DNA of 64,000 bases from Eledone cirrhosa (taxonomy: Eukaryota), in the NCBI GenBank assembly GCA_964016885.1, contig OZ024759.1:23188001-23252000 (forward strand). The letters run 5' to 3'. The notes beneath the pieces were generated by a model. It searched no databases and was not told the origin of the DNA. It was given only the letters and a program-made list of their open reading frames with translations. Positions within the stretch are counted from its first letter, which is position 1; each line of letters opens with the position of its first letter. The position numbers and the translations under genes were made by a program. Below, piece by piece: positions 11,831 through 23,550 of this stretch.

Positions 11831-13267
11831 CTAAGATGTCACATACTGTGACATCTTCTCTGCCTCCACCATTGTGGTTTCAGTCATAAATCCAGGCACT
11901 GCCCCCCCCCCCCCCCCCTCCTTCCCCATAAAACAAAGGAGTGGAAGATTTCCAAATTTTGAGGCTTGACTGACCTCTCCCGTTTTGTGCTGGTCACCAT
12001 CGAGACCTCTGGTGTAATCGAGTGGAAGATTTCCAAATTTTGAGGCTTGACTGACCTCTCCCGTTTTGTGCTGGTCACCATCGAGACCTCTGGTGTAATC
12101 GAGTGGAAGATTTCCACATTTTGAGGCTTGACTGACCTCTCCCGTTTTGTGCTGGTCACCATCGAGACCTCTGGTGTCATCGAGTGGAAGATTTCCACAT
12201 TTTGAGGCTTGACTGACCTCTCCCGTTTTGTGCTGGTCACCATCGAGACCTCTGGTGTCATCGAGTGGAAGATTTCCAAATTTTGAGGCTTGACTGACCT
12301 CTCCCGTTTTGTGCTGGTCACCATCGAGACCTCTGGTGTCATCGAGTGGAAGATTTCCGCATTTTGAGGCTTGACTGACCTCTCCCGTTTTGTGCTGGTC
12401 ACCATCGAGACCTCTGGTGTCATCGAGTGGAAGATTTCCAAATTTTGAGGCTTGACTGACCTCTCCCGTTTTGTGCTGGTCACCATCGAGACCTCTGGTG
12501 TCATCGAGTGGAAGATTTCCACATTTTGAGGCTTGACTGACCTCTCCCGTTTTGTGCTGGTCACCATCGAGACCTCTGGTGTCATCGAGTGGAAGATTTC
12601 CAAATTTTGAGGCTTGACTGACCTCTCCCGTTTTGTGCTGGTCACCATCGAGACCTCTGGTGTCATCGAGTGGAAGATTTCCACATTTTGAGGCTTGACT
12701 GACCTCTCCCGTTTTGTGCTGGTCACCATCGAGACCTCTGGTGTCATCGAGTGGAAGATTTCCAAATTTTGAGGCTTGACTGACCTCTCCCGTTTTGTGC
12801 TGGTCACCATCGAGACCTCTGGTGTCATCGAGTGGAAGATTTCCACATTTTGAGGCTTGACTGACCTCTCCCGTTTTGTGCTGGTCACCATCGAGACCTC
12901 TGGTGTCATCGAGTGGAAGATTTCCACATTTTGAGGCTTGACTGACCTCTCCCGTTTTGTGCTGGTCACCATCGAGACCTCTGGTGTCATCGAGTGGAAG
13001 ATTTCCAAATTTTGAGGCTTGACTGACCTCTCCCGTTTTGTGCTGGTCACCATCGAGGCCTCTGGTGTCCTCAGGTGGAAGATTTCCAAATTTTGAGGCT
13101 TGACTGACCTCTCCCTTTTTGAGTTGGTCACCATCGAGACCTCTGGTGTCTACAGTCCCTGAACTGCTGTTTACCTCCACAAAACTGGGAGGAGTGTTCC
13201 ATGCCAGAAGAAGGACGTCCATGAGGTAGAGTGACTGGTGTAGTGGATACAAGTGGCGATCCCGCAC
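11831..13267 (-). CDS. Possible coding exon or pseudogene with 27-aa repeats (DTRGLDGDQHKTGEVSQASK[F/C]GNLPLD); product unknown
   Basis: 478-codon ORF extends beyond the repeat on both sides; candidate acceptor tatttcag at 13310-13303; no recognisable homology. Confidence 0.3.
   Translation of the reverse strand: MRDRHLYPLHQSLYLMDVLLLAWNTPPSFVEVNSSSGTVDTRGLDGDQLKKGEVSQASKFGNLPPEDTRGLDGDQHKTGEVSQASKFGNLPLDDTRGLDGDQHKTGEVSQASKCGNLPLDDTRGLDGDQHKTGEVSQASKCGNLPLDDTRGLDGDQHKTGEVSQASKFGNLPLDDTRGLDGDQHKTGEVSQASKCGNLPLDDTRGLDGDQHKTGEVSQASKFGNLPLDDTRGLDGDQHKTGEVSQASKCGNLPLDDTRGLDGDQHKTGEVSQASKFGNLPLDDTRGLDGDQHKTGEVSQASKCGNLPLDDTRGLDGDQHKTGEVSQASKFGNLPLDDTRGLDGDQHKTGEVSQASKCGNLPLDDTRGLDGDQHKTGEVSQASKCGNLPLDYTRGLDGDQHKTGEVSQASKFGNLPLDYTRGLDGDQHKTGEVSQASKFGNLPLLCFMGKEGGGGGAVPGFMTETTMVEAEKMSQYVTS
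11939..13150. repeat. 81-bp tandem repeat, ~15 near-identical copies
   Basis: gagtggaagatttcc recurs every 81 bp from 11939 to 13073; no variable spacers. Confidence 0.97.
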
Positions 13268-13467
13268 GGCAATGTTTTCACCATCTTATTTACGTAGCAC
13301 AACTGAAATATATCTCCCTGACAGGGATGTAGAGTCTACTGCCACACTCTCCACCTCTTCCCTTTAATTTAGTAGTTTTTTTATTACATAATTTAATTGA
13401 AATTTGCTAAATAAAAACTGTAGATGCCATTACAGCAGTATGAACAGGTGATGGTTAACACATTTAA

Positions 13468-14086
13468 CCCTTTAGCATTTACATTACTCTTTATTTACTA
13501 TTGTATTTTCCTGGTAAAGTCGTTCCTCACAAGAGTTACGGCCCTTGCCATTCTGAATTCAAATCCCGCCGAGGTTTACTTTGCCTTTCATCCTTACGGA
13601 ATCGATAAAATAAAGTACCAGTAATGCACTGGGTAATTGCTGGCCTTGTGCCAAAAGTAGAAACAATTATCTCACATAATATCGAATCTATGAGATTTTG
13701 ATATTTAATTTGAGACCAATACCTTAACATCAGTAAGAGGGGCTGGTAATGGCCAGTTTGAACAGAAAGAGGTGAGAGGATTATGGCCAGATACAGCCGG
13801 TTTAAAAGAGTATTATATATTACATCGAGTCATTAACTATGAAATGTCTGATTTTGAATTGATCAAACTTTATGACCTAAACTGGCCATATCCGACCAGA
13901 ATTCTGTCACATCTTCCTGTTCAAACCAGCTGTAACTGGCTCCTCATACTGATATCAAGTTATTGTTCTTAAAATAAATAACATCAAAATCTCATAGGTT
14001 CAATATTATGTGAGGTAATTCTGTAAGATGAAGCCTTTACCACAAAAATACAATAGTATATATAGAGTAATGTAAATGCTAAAGGG
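13468..14086. mobile_element. piggyBac-type MITE composite (two copies in inverted orientation; SINE nested at ~13535-13670)
   Basis: TTAA|CCCTTTAGCATTTACATTACTCT ... AGAGTAATGTAAATGCTAAAGGG|TTAA. Confidence 0.8.
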
Positions 14087-14799
14087 TTAAAACGTTTTGC
14101 GTAATTTAAATGAAATATATACATGCATTTACACAACCCATTTGTTTTATTTTGTTGATTGACAAAATTTGTAGAGCGCGGACAAAATGTTTTGTGATGT
14201 TCAGTTACAACATTCTACGTTATGAGTTCAAATCCCACCGAGGTCAAATTTGCCTTTCATAATGAGATAAAGTACCAGACAAGTACAGGGGTTAATATAA
14301 TCGATTATCCACCACAAATTGCTGGCCTTGTGCCAACGTATATTTTGATCTCGTCTTTTGAACTAAAAGAACAAAGACCAATTAAGATGGAATCTTTCGC
14401 ACTGACACTCTAAAGTCTGACAATAAGGTGTCTAGAAAGTCAGCATTTAAAATATATATGTATGGAAAATATGCCAAATTAGCCAATCTAACTTTATCGT
14501 CCATATATATATACATATATATATACACACACATAAAATAACATAACCAGATGTTACGTTAGTCGCACGACCGGTGAAATACAATGTATTTATAGTCAAT
14601 TGTATAAATTTACAATTGAACAACGTTACAAATATATTTTAAGACTAAAACATTTAGAGACCCCCAAGCTAGTCCCATATGCTTTACACATGCATGTGTG
14701 TAGAATACTGTATGTGTGTGTATTTATATATACACACATATACATAAATAAGAGACCGTTTTATTCGTACATCAACTTTTATCAACTGTGTGTATATAT

Positions 14800-15002
14800 A
14801 TAACGAAGGAGGTGTGGTAAGGAACCAAATGGACCATAACGCACCAGAGTACTCAATACTTAGGGTAGTAGAGTGGGTAATTGGAAAATGTTTAACCCCA
14901 ACGGCAGAGCTCAAGCCGTTTCAACGGCCATTTCTGGGCTCCAAAGTCCAGAAATGGCCGTCGAAACAGCTTGAGCTCTGCCGTCGGGGTTAAACGTTTT
15001 CA
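14800..15002. mobile_element. Short foldback element in (TA)n; family also at 30440-30637 and 31298-31435
   Basis: Inverted arms aaccccaacggcagagctcaagccgtttc...gaaacagcttgagctctgccgtcggggtt plus a unique tail shared by all three copies. Confidence 0.75.
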
Positions 15003-15639
15003 TATATATATATCTATATATATATATACTCTACATATATTCATATATGTAAAAAAAAAAAAAAAAAACTAAACTAGAAAAAAATCTATTTAGTGTCAAA
15101 GTACGTGTTTACTTCATGGTTGATCCAAGGTAGAAATTCTTATTCTACGTTGAGTATATAAGGCTTATAATTTTGACAAGGTCAGCATAGAGGGATAGGG
15201 GTTGATTATTTTGAACCCTAGTTCTTGACAGGTACATTATTTGATCGATCTTAGAAGTATCAATGGCAAAGTTAACATTGCCAGTGCTTTTTTATTTTTT
15301 TTTTTTTTTTTCTTCAGCTCGGACGGTAAAAAAGATGGAAGCACGGCTAAGACATTTTGTCCGAGTCAAATAAAAACACTCCAAAATACGCTAAAACAAG
15401 TTTAAGAAAAGCTGCTGTTCAAATAGACATCTGTGATTCAATTAAATATTGAAATACACACACGCACATTATATATATGTATATATCAGTATATAGACAT
15501 AGAAATACTCATTTGAACACATACATCTATGTATATTTCTCTCTATAAATACTGATTTATAAAGAGCCCGGAATCTGTTCATTGAGGTCATTAAATTATG
15601 GAGGATTATTGTGAGATTTTAATTCAAGTCTTTACATTG

Positions 15640-15719
<80 letters not shown>

Positions 15720-15991
15720 ATGTAGTTGGCAGCCGAAAGAAATGAGTACTGAATACCGGAGTAGAGTTTAAATATTAATTTTATTAAGGCTAAAATAGTG
15801 CTCCTGTGAGAAGCAGGCGGAACTCCAGGGTAACAAAGACTCACAATTTAGCCTTAATAATAAGAAACATTAAACAATACTTCGGGATTGAATTGAGTAC
15901 TCTTTTCTCACAGCCCTCAACCACAAAAGTATATATATATATATAAAAGAAAAGTATAGAAATTATTGTAGCAAGAAGCCAACAGTATTCC

Positions 15992-16041
<50 letters not shown>

Positions 16042-16205
16042 TAAACACGGTTTAACTTATGTTAAAGATGTCTCGAATACAAATGGCAATATACATAAGA
16101 ATAACTGAACAAAGTTTAAAACTCTACCTTAGCTTTTTTTAGAGTAAAAATCCATCTTGTAAATGTCAAAACATTAAAATTTGACGAGGTACTTATTTGG
16201 TTGAA

Positions 16206-16216
16206 TGCGCATGCGC
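16206..16216. promoter_or_regulatory. NRF1-like palindromic site TGCGCATGCGC; paralogous sites at ~22659, 24919 and 27195
   Basis: Matches the NRF1/ewg consensus YGCGCAYGCGCR and is retained between diverged paralogous segments. Confidence 0.35.
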
Positions 16217-16324
16217 GAAATTTAGCAGACGGCTAATAAGGCGAAAAGTTATGGTAATCCCATATACTGTGCACACACAATCCTTATCGAGCCTTCTTCG
16301 GATTTTGTATTTTGTATTTATTAT

Positions 16325-16505
16325 TATTTGTTTCTACTTTAGGCACAAGGCCAGCAATTACCCAGTGCATTACTGGTACTTTATTTTATCGACCCCGTAA
16401 GGATGAAAGGCAAAGTCAACCTCGGCGGGATTTGAACTCAGATCGTAAAGGGACGTAACTATGCTGGAAAGCATGGCGTCCGACTCTCTACCGATACTGC
16501 CAATT
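16325..16505 (-). mobile_element. tRNA-derived MetaSINE-type SINE (representative of more than 25 full or partial copies)
   Basis: A/B-box head ttggcagtatcggtaga...gagttcaaatccc, core gcctttcatccttacggggtcgataaaataaagtaccag, tail gtagaaacaattatt. Other copies at ~19484, 21012, 23575, 29530, 29918, 39445, 52522, 53410-53805 and 57748. Confidence 0.85.
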
Positions 16506-16847
16506 TACTATATAATTATATATATAGGATGAAGACCCCATTTGGTCACGAATGCATGGGATTTGTACCTAGAAAAGTCCTTCCGAGGCACAAGTCCGGG
16601 CAAGTTTGTTTCCGGGAGACCAGCAGTCGCCCATGCACACCAGTCTCCCCGCTCTACGCCACTGATGTTGTCCAAGGGAAAGGCAATGGCCGATACAGCT
16701 TGGTACCAGTGATGTCGCAACAAATTTCTACAGCTAAGTGAACTGGAGCAACGTGAAATAAAATGTCTTGCTCAAGAACACAACGCAAACCCCGGTGGGA
16801 GAATCGAACTAAAAACTTCACGACGCTCTAACCACTAAGCCTTAACA

Positions 16848-17143
16848 TATAAGGAAAAAAGATGAAATCGAAAATGCAACTGGAGACTTTTTTTATAAAA
16901 AATATATATTTATTTGGTTCCTTTACCGGTTTCGCAGTTCTTCTGCTTTTCAAAAGTAGAATTGAGATGGAGGGTTTGTGGTTTTTCTCATATCTGGTTG
17001 GTGAGAAAAACCACAAACCCTCCATCGCAATTCTACTTTTGAAAAGCAGAAGAAATGCGAAACCGGTAAAGGAACCAAATAAATATATATTTTTTATAAA
17101 AAAAGTCTCCAGTTGCATTTTCGATTTCATCTTTTTCCTTATA
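16848..17143. mobile_element. ~295-bp near-perfect palindrome with degenerate hammerhead-like motif
   Basis: ~140-bp arms with an ~11-nt loop; ctt-TTGAAAA-GCA gaagaaa TGC-GAAA-CCGG-TA-aag followed by aataaa. Confidence 0.75.
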
Positions 17144-17195
17144 CTTTCACTCGTGTAGGACACCGTTTTTTTTTCATTTTGTAAAAAAACCTCAC

Positions 17196-17262
<67 letters not shown>

Positions 17263-17488
17263 TTAGATTAGATGAGCTTATAATACAAGGCAAAAAGGTA
17301 TTGAAATCTCAAATGTGATTTTATTATACACAGTAAGATTGTCAAAAGACTTCAGAGTGTAATCCAATTTGTAGGTTTCCATTCCTAGTAGTTTTACATG
17401 ACAGAGCATATATAAAATGAATAAATAAATAACCAGGGTTTAATATATTATGTATTAAGCCCTGGTATTTTATTTTATATATATATAT

Positions 17489-18280
17489 ACTAGCAGTGGT
17501 ACCCGGCGTTGCACGGGATAAGGTATTTTGAGACGCGGGCCGCCAACAGACCTAATCGTGGAAAAACTGCATGCCTGGACAATATGTAAAGAAAATAAAC
17601 CGAATACTCTGATGGCTAGATAATCTTTAAGATTTTCCTCGGTGAAAAGCCCTAAAATGCTGAAAAAATTAAGTTTTTCACCTAATGCGGGCCCTAGGCC
17701 ATAAAAAAGTTGGATTTTCTTTGCGGTATGAAGAAGAGACTGACTAATACATAGTTACAATTTCAAGGAAATCAGTCTGACGTAACGCTTCAAATAACCC
17801 CTAAAAACCTGAAAAACACAGTTTTTCACCTAATGTGGGCCCCTAGGATATTAAAAAAATGAATTTTTTTTATATGCATAACACTCCCTGAAACATAAGT
17901 AATACACATGTAAAGTTTGAAAAGAATCGGTTAGGTACTCCTCGAGTTTTAGGGATTCAAACTCTCACACACACACACAGACATCCTCAGGGAAGTGACG
18001 CAATGCAGACAGCCAGACATACAGACAGATATTATAAGGGCGCGACATTATATGTATCTATCTAAAAAGAGAAAGACTAAGAATTATAGAGAGAGATCGC
18101 TAAATCGCCTAATGCGGTCCCTAAGACATTGAAAATTTGAAATTCTTTTTTGCTCAGAACATTCCCTGAAACATTAGTATTACATGTGTAAAGTTTGAAA
18201 ACAGTCGGTTGGGTGCTTCTCTAGTTTTAGGGATTCAAACTCACACAGCCAGACATCCTCAGTTTTATATATATATATAG
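17489..18280 (+). mobile_element. Helentron/DINE-1-like non-autonomous element
   Basis: Starts ACTAGCAGTGGTACCCGGCGTTGCACGGG (subterminal hairpin), has internal direct repeats and (CAGA)n, ends ...TTTTATATATATAG. Confidence 0.6.
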
Positions 18281-18433
18281 TGAAAGATTGAAGAATAACA
18301 TGGTCTGCTGTACAAAAAGGGTTTTATTTACAGTGTTAATTATTTCATTGATCAGGTGCGTCTAAAGGCCGCTGATCACTCGAGATTGCGTCACTCGACC
18401 TTAAATACAGTGTGTGTCTGATCAAATCATCTG

Positions 18434-18505
<72 letters not shown>

Positions 18506-19671
18506 GGAATGTAATGTGCAGTTATTGTAGGTTCACCCGAGCGAGCACTCGAAGCGTAGTTTCCAGTAAGCAAAGGGGTGTAGAACTAAGCAGAGTGTAA
18601 TTGTAATAATAAAAGAACGGTTTGTTATGTCTTCATTACATTTATTGAATAGTGATGCGCGTTTCGCTATTGATCAGCTGAAGGTTCGATCTGTATCGAT
18701 CTAGCCCGACTCTGGAATCAAAAGCTTGTCGGGCCTCTGCTGTGGTAATGACTCTCTCTCTCTCTATATATATATAGTTAGAGAAGCAAAAAATTGCTTA
18801 TTGTGATCCAGTTTTTGGTTAAGAAAGCCAGTTTCATGGATGGTTTCAACTCACTATTTTGAAAATTTGGACTGTGAACAACAATTATAATTGAGTGGCT
18901 GCTATTTGCAGTATAGCAATATAAGGTTGCACTTACCAATGAAACGGTCGTAAATACCTGGATAAAATCCTTCTCTTAATGCTTACCTGTGTTTTCTCTT
19001 TTATATATATATATATATATATGAATAAAGTTAGTCCTTCATCAGTGATCTTCCAACCATCATTGGTATTTCATCGCTTTAAAGACCATATACCTCTGGT
19101 TGGTGCGAGCAACGGCTAAAATAAGTCGTTGGGACACGTAAATAAAGGGGACACGAGTGTAAACAAACAAAAATGGTGAAGCAACGAAAAGTGAGGAAGA
19201 AGGAGTCAAGTCCCAAATTTCTATGAATTTAAATTCGGTGAAATCGTGAACGAGGGAGAATAAAGACCATCAAACCTGGTTGGAATGTGAGCAAGGAAGG
19301 AATTCCGTACAGATCTAACGGGAGGAAGAAGGGATCTAGTCTGTGATTTCGGTGAACGTAAGTTCTGTGAAATCGTAGACGAGAGATATAGTTGTAAGGT
19401 TACAATAAATGCGTCCGTAGGTGGTATGCCGTTTGAGCACTCGATGCTCACGCGGATCAGAGAATATTATTCTAGATAGCGAGCGGTGGATTGGCAGTAT
19501 CAGTAGAGGGTCGGACGCCATGCTTTGCAGCACAGTTACATCCCTTTACGGACTGAGTTCAAATCCCGCCGAGGTTAACTTTCCCTTTCATCATTACGGA
19601 GTCGATAAAATAAAGTACCAGTAATACACTGGGATAATTGCTGGCCTTGTGCCAAATAGTAAAAACAATTA

Positions 19672-19920
19672 TTATAGATAACGAGGAATCAGTGATGCAT
19701 CAAAATATAATTTATTAACATATTACATATGTTTCTCCGACGAACAGCTCAAGGTAGGATCTATTATAGATCGAACCTGAACATGGATTCGCAGAGGACC
19801 TTGCGAATCCATTGTCAGGTTCGATCTATAATAGATCCTACCTTGAGCTGTTCGTCTGAGAAACATGTAATATGTTAATAAATTGTGTTTTGATGCATCA
19901 CTGATTCCTCGTTATCTATT
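19672..19920. mobile_element. ~250-bp near-perfect palindrome (foldback element)
   Basis: ~120-bp arms around the loop gaggacct; contains GAAA-CATG-TA followed by aataaa. Confidence 0.75.
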
Positions 19921-20099
19921 ATATATATATATATAAACAACCAACCTGTAACATGTAAAAAAACAAATAAATAAACGAATATAAACACAGACACCCGGAT
20001 GTAGCGCATGCGCAGACTGAGCACACAAGACACGCACAGAAACAAGATGGCGTGGGACAGAACAACGGAGAGGCACAAAAACAAAGAAAAGAATCCCCA

Positions 20100-20142
20100 G
20101 TCACTGAAGAGGTCACAGACTGTGTGACGAAAGAACTTTGAC
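20100..20142 (+). ncRNA. Minimal type I hammerhead ribozyme candidate
   Basis: GTCA-CTGAAGA-GGTCACA gactg TGTGAC-GAAA-GAAC-TT-TGAC; same family as 4484-4526. Confidence 0.6.
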
Positions 20143-21513
20143 AATATATAAACAACCATCTGGTTGTGGAACCAACCAACCAACCGGAAATTTATAAATT
20201 CCTAAATTCCTAAATTTATTATAATAAATTGAAGTGAAAGTTACTGGTGCGCGTGTTTCTTATTGGCAACATGACCCTCCCAAAGTATAATAATATCGGT
20301 TTCAACACACGTTTTCAAATAAAGAATCTTGCTAAACAATTCAGAAACGGAAAATATATGTGTGTGTGTGTGTGTAAAAGAGCACAATTACAGAAAAAAA
20401 CTATTTGATGCTCTAAGTACGGTTGTATTTTGCTTAATGTTTAATCCATGGTAGACATTTTAATTATTCTACGTTTTCATGTATCAATAAAACATGTACC
20501 AATCAATTACAGGAGTCGATTCTACCTCTACTTCTATTCTCTCATTCCATATCCTTCCCGAAAGACGTTCTATTTGGATCTGGAGAGGAGATGCACTTAG
20601 CCACTCGCATGCACAGGGGCAGGGGGGCGGTGGGGGGGGGGGCATGCTTTGGATGGGGGCATCATTTGGGAGGAGGAAATAACTTAGTAAATTTGATTGA
20701 TTTATATTAAAATCGAATAAACCGTTTATTTCATGTTTCATCTGTGTTTATATATTCAAAATGTGTTCCTTTTTCATAATATTTCTCAGTATATTAGGCC
20801 TTATCATCATCATCACTCGTCGACTACTGTCGAGATGATGGATCTCACTCTCATGCCCCAGAATCCCCTGTCCTCCATCGCTGCCCCCAGGTCCTGTCTG
20901 CTGATTCCTACTCCTAGGCCTTATACTTGAGTCTTTGGAGCATACAATCTAAATTTGCTCCGGGCATCACCAGAGCTTTGCACGCCGCTGGGTTCAGCCA
21001 GCTTTTAAAATAATCGTTTCTACGTTAGGCACAAGTCCAGCAAATACACCAGTGTATTACTGGTACTTTATTTTATCGACTCCGTAAGGATGAAAGGCAA
21101 AGTTAACCTCGACTTAAAATAATGCTCTAGAAATATAATATGTTAATACGGCGCCTCAATGACTCCCTCTGGATTGAAGGGAAAAAAAGGAACATGGTAT
21201 ATAAAGTTAATAATTTTGACAGAAGGTCTGCAATGGGCGGCGTGGCTGATTATATTGATCACTATTTCTTGATCGAACTTACAAGGATTAAAGGCAAAGT
21301 TGATACCGGCAGATGTTTTTTTTAATATTAATTGTTCTTATGTATCGCGAAAGGTGGCAAAAAAAAGAAAACGGCTGAGACATTTTGAGTGAAATAAGAA
21401 ACACCAAAATACACGAAGCAGGTGTAAGAAATACTGCAGTTGAAATGGTTAAACATCTTGTAAAACGAATAAAAATTGAAATAAATGCACACACACACAT
21501 ATATATATATATA

Positions 21514-21837
21514 TAAAATAAAGTTAAATAAAAGTCAAATGATTAAAATTTAGCTTCGTTTATTACTGCTATATATATTTCAGTGACAGCCATCTTTGGC
21601 TGTGACCTCTTCAGGCAGTTTGAATTACTAATTCAAACTGCCTGAAGAGGTCACAGCCAAAGATGGCTGTCACTGAAATATATATAGCAGTAATAAACGA
21701 AGCTAAATTTTAATCATTTGACTTTTATTTAACTTTATTTTACACTACTCCGGAGTAACCAAACCAACCTGCGCACTTCGTCGAGTGCTCCAGCCTGCAT
21801 ACTGAGGTATTGGTATACAACCAACATAAACTCTAAA
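21514..21837. mobile_element. Perfect 229-bp palindrome plus 3' tail (Penelope-like inverted pseudo-LTR) inserted in (TA)n
   Basis: 114-bp arms 21514-21627 and 21629-21742 with a 1-nt centre; unique tail to ~21837; (TA)n on both sides. Confidence 0.85.
21637..21691 (+). ncRNA. Type I hammerhead ribozyme (mirror copy on - strand at 21565-21619)
   Basis: ACTGC-CTGAAGA-GGTCACAGCCA aaga TGGCTGTCACT-GAAA-TATATA-TA-GCAGT: intact core, 5-bp stem I, ~10-bp stem II, AUA cleavage triplet, then AATAAA. Confidence 0.8.
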
Positions 21838-22046
21838 TATATATATATATATATATATAATTGACATGGATTAAATACATACATATATATATGTATTTAA
21901 TTCAAGTGGATTATATATATATGTTAAGTATTTCCGAAGCAAAAGCAAAGGAAAATATTGTCTAGGGTCCTGAAACCGTTGGTAATGAAGTAGTTATATA
22001 TTGTGGTGTTCACTTTCTAATTATATATATATTTAATTCTTCATTT

Positions 22047-22102
<56 letters not shown>

Positions 22103-22143
22103 AATATATTAACAAATGACAACTATAATTATAAAACCATATT

Positions 22144-22209
22144 TATTTTATTATACATATTTCAAGGGCCACCAAGGCAAATTATGGCGCGCTTTCATCA
22201 GATAAAATA
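22144..22209 (-). ncRNA. Type I hammerhead ribozyme candidate (copies at 24389-24454 and 26665-26730)
   Basis: TATTTTAT-CTGATGA-AAGCGCGCCA...TGGTGGCCCTT-GAAA-TATGTA-TA-ATAAAATA; perfect 8-bp stem I; family member on + strand at 43782-43846. Confidence 0.65.
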
Positions 22210-23019
22210 CAATACAGATTAGTTTTATAAATAAATATTGACATACCCTGAAAAAAAGACAACCTTAATGGTTGGAGCTTCCTGGATAGTTGTATCCCAA
22301 CAAATTAAATATAACCTTTGCATATATATATATATATATATATATTTAATTCAAATGAATTATATTATATATATATATAAATATGTATATATATAATTTA
22401 AGTGGATTATATATATACATATTTATATAAATATATTTAATCCAAGAGAATTATTATATACAATTCAAGTGAATTGTATATAATTATATACATGTGTGTG
22501 TGTAAATACACAAAAGAATAACTTAACAAAATTTAAAACTCCACCTTACCTTTGTTCCACCAAAGGTAATCCATGGTAAGCCAGTAAAATCCAACTTGTT
22601 GGTATGAAAATACAGTAACATCTGAAAAAGTACCTCCTTTGCTTTGATTGGGTTAGGATGCGCATGCGTAAACTCTAACAGACAGGTTCAAAGTTATGAC
22701 GTAAGTTCAAATCTTGCTGAAGACCCCCGTTACCTTCCATACTTCAGGTATTGATAACATACTGGAATCGATTTAATAAACGAATTTTTTCTCTGAAATT
22801 TGTTTTTTTCTTATGATATTTTCATGTTTTGAACGAATATGGCCGCCAAAACCTTTATAACTTTCTCCTTTTCATTTTTGTCCCTACCCATCCCTACCAG
22901 AGAACCCCATAATATCCCTCATCTAAGAAGCAGGTCTAATAATAAATATTTGCCCAAATATCTAGTCTTGGGATGATCTTAGAAAAAAAATTATAATTGA
23001 TTATTAAAAGTCTTGTTCT

Positions 23020-23550
23020 GGCACTAAAGGGGATCTTTTCCCAGATCGAGAATAGCTCTATAGACATGCAAATGCAGTCAACCGAAACTGTCTGAGATGC
23101 GTGCTGCAGGGTAACAAAACCCTCCTGCACGCACTTCTCCAGTGTCCGAGCATTACTGACGTTTGGAGCTATGTTGATTAGCTGTTGTAGTTTGGAGAAC
23201 GAATCCGGCTATTGCCGTGTGTCCATTGTGAAAATAACCCCCAACTTCCTTCGTTTAGACGGAAAAGGCAGGCATTTTGCATCTGCCTGGTGGCTATGAT
23301 CAAATAGGTTGTGTGGAGGACATGATTGTGTGGGTTAAAAACAGACACTTTCCTAATCAACGGAGCCCTTTCACTTCAAGAGGAAAATCAGGCTGGGAAG
23401 GAAAGTTCTGCCTTCCAGGTAGTTTGTTGAAATGCGGATGCGAGTGGCAAGTATGACCCGCGGGAACAGGCCTACTCTGAGAACACACCTGGAGATTGGA
23501 AGTGCACAACTGGGAAGCGGCCCCCTGTCCTGGCGATCAGGAAGTCTACT
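23020..23550 (+). mobile_element. Decayed L1/Tx1-type LINE 3' end (zf-RVT region); copies at ~25280 and ~27556
   Basis: Reads LYRHANAVNRNCLRCVLQGNKTLLHALLQCPSITDVWSYVD*, a CxxC...H...C zinc-binding motif typical of the L1/Tx1 ORF2 C-terminus, with stops. Confidence 0.65.

Noticed and set aside
11939-13150. CRISPR-like array
   Set aside because: Units are contiguous near-identical 81-mers with no unique spacers, there are no cas genes, and the context is eukaryotic.
16828-17163. Near-identical ORFs on both strands
   Set aside because: A by-product of the DNA palindrome; no protein features.
18937-18990. Minus-strand micro-exon with adjacent donor sites
   Set aside because: The implied intron is ~30 nt and there is no supporting reading frame or homology.
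19400-19445. Short rRNA-like words (tccgtaggtg, atgccgtttgag)
   Set aside because: Matches are only ~10 nt with no extended rRNA similarity.
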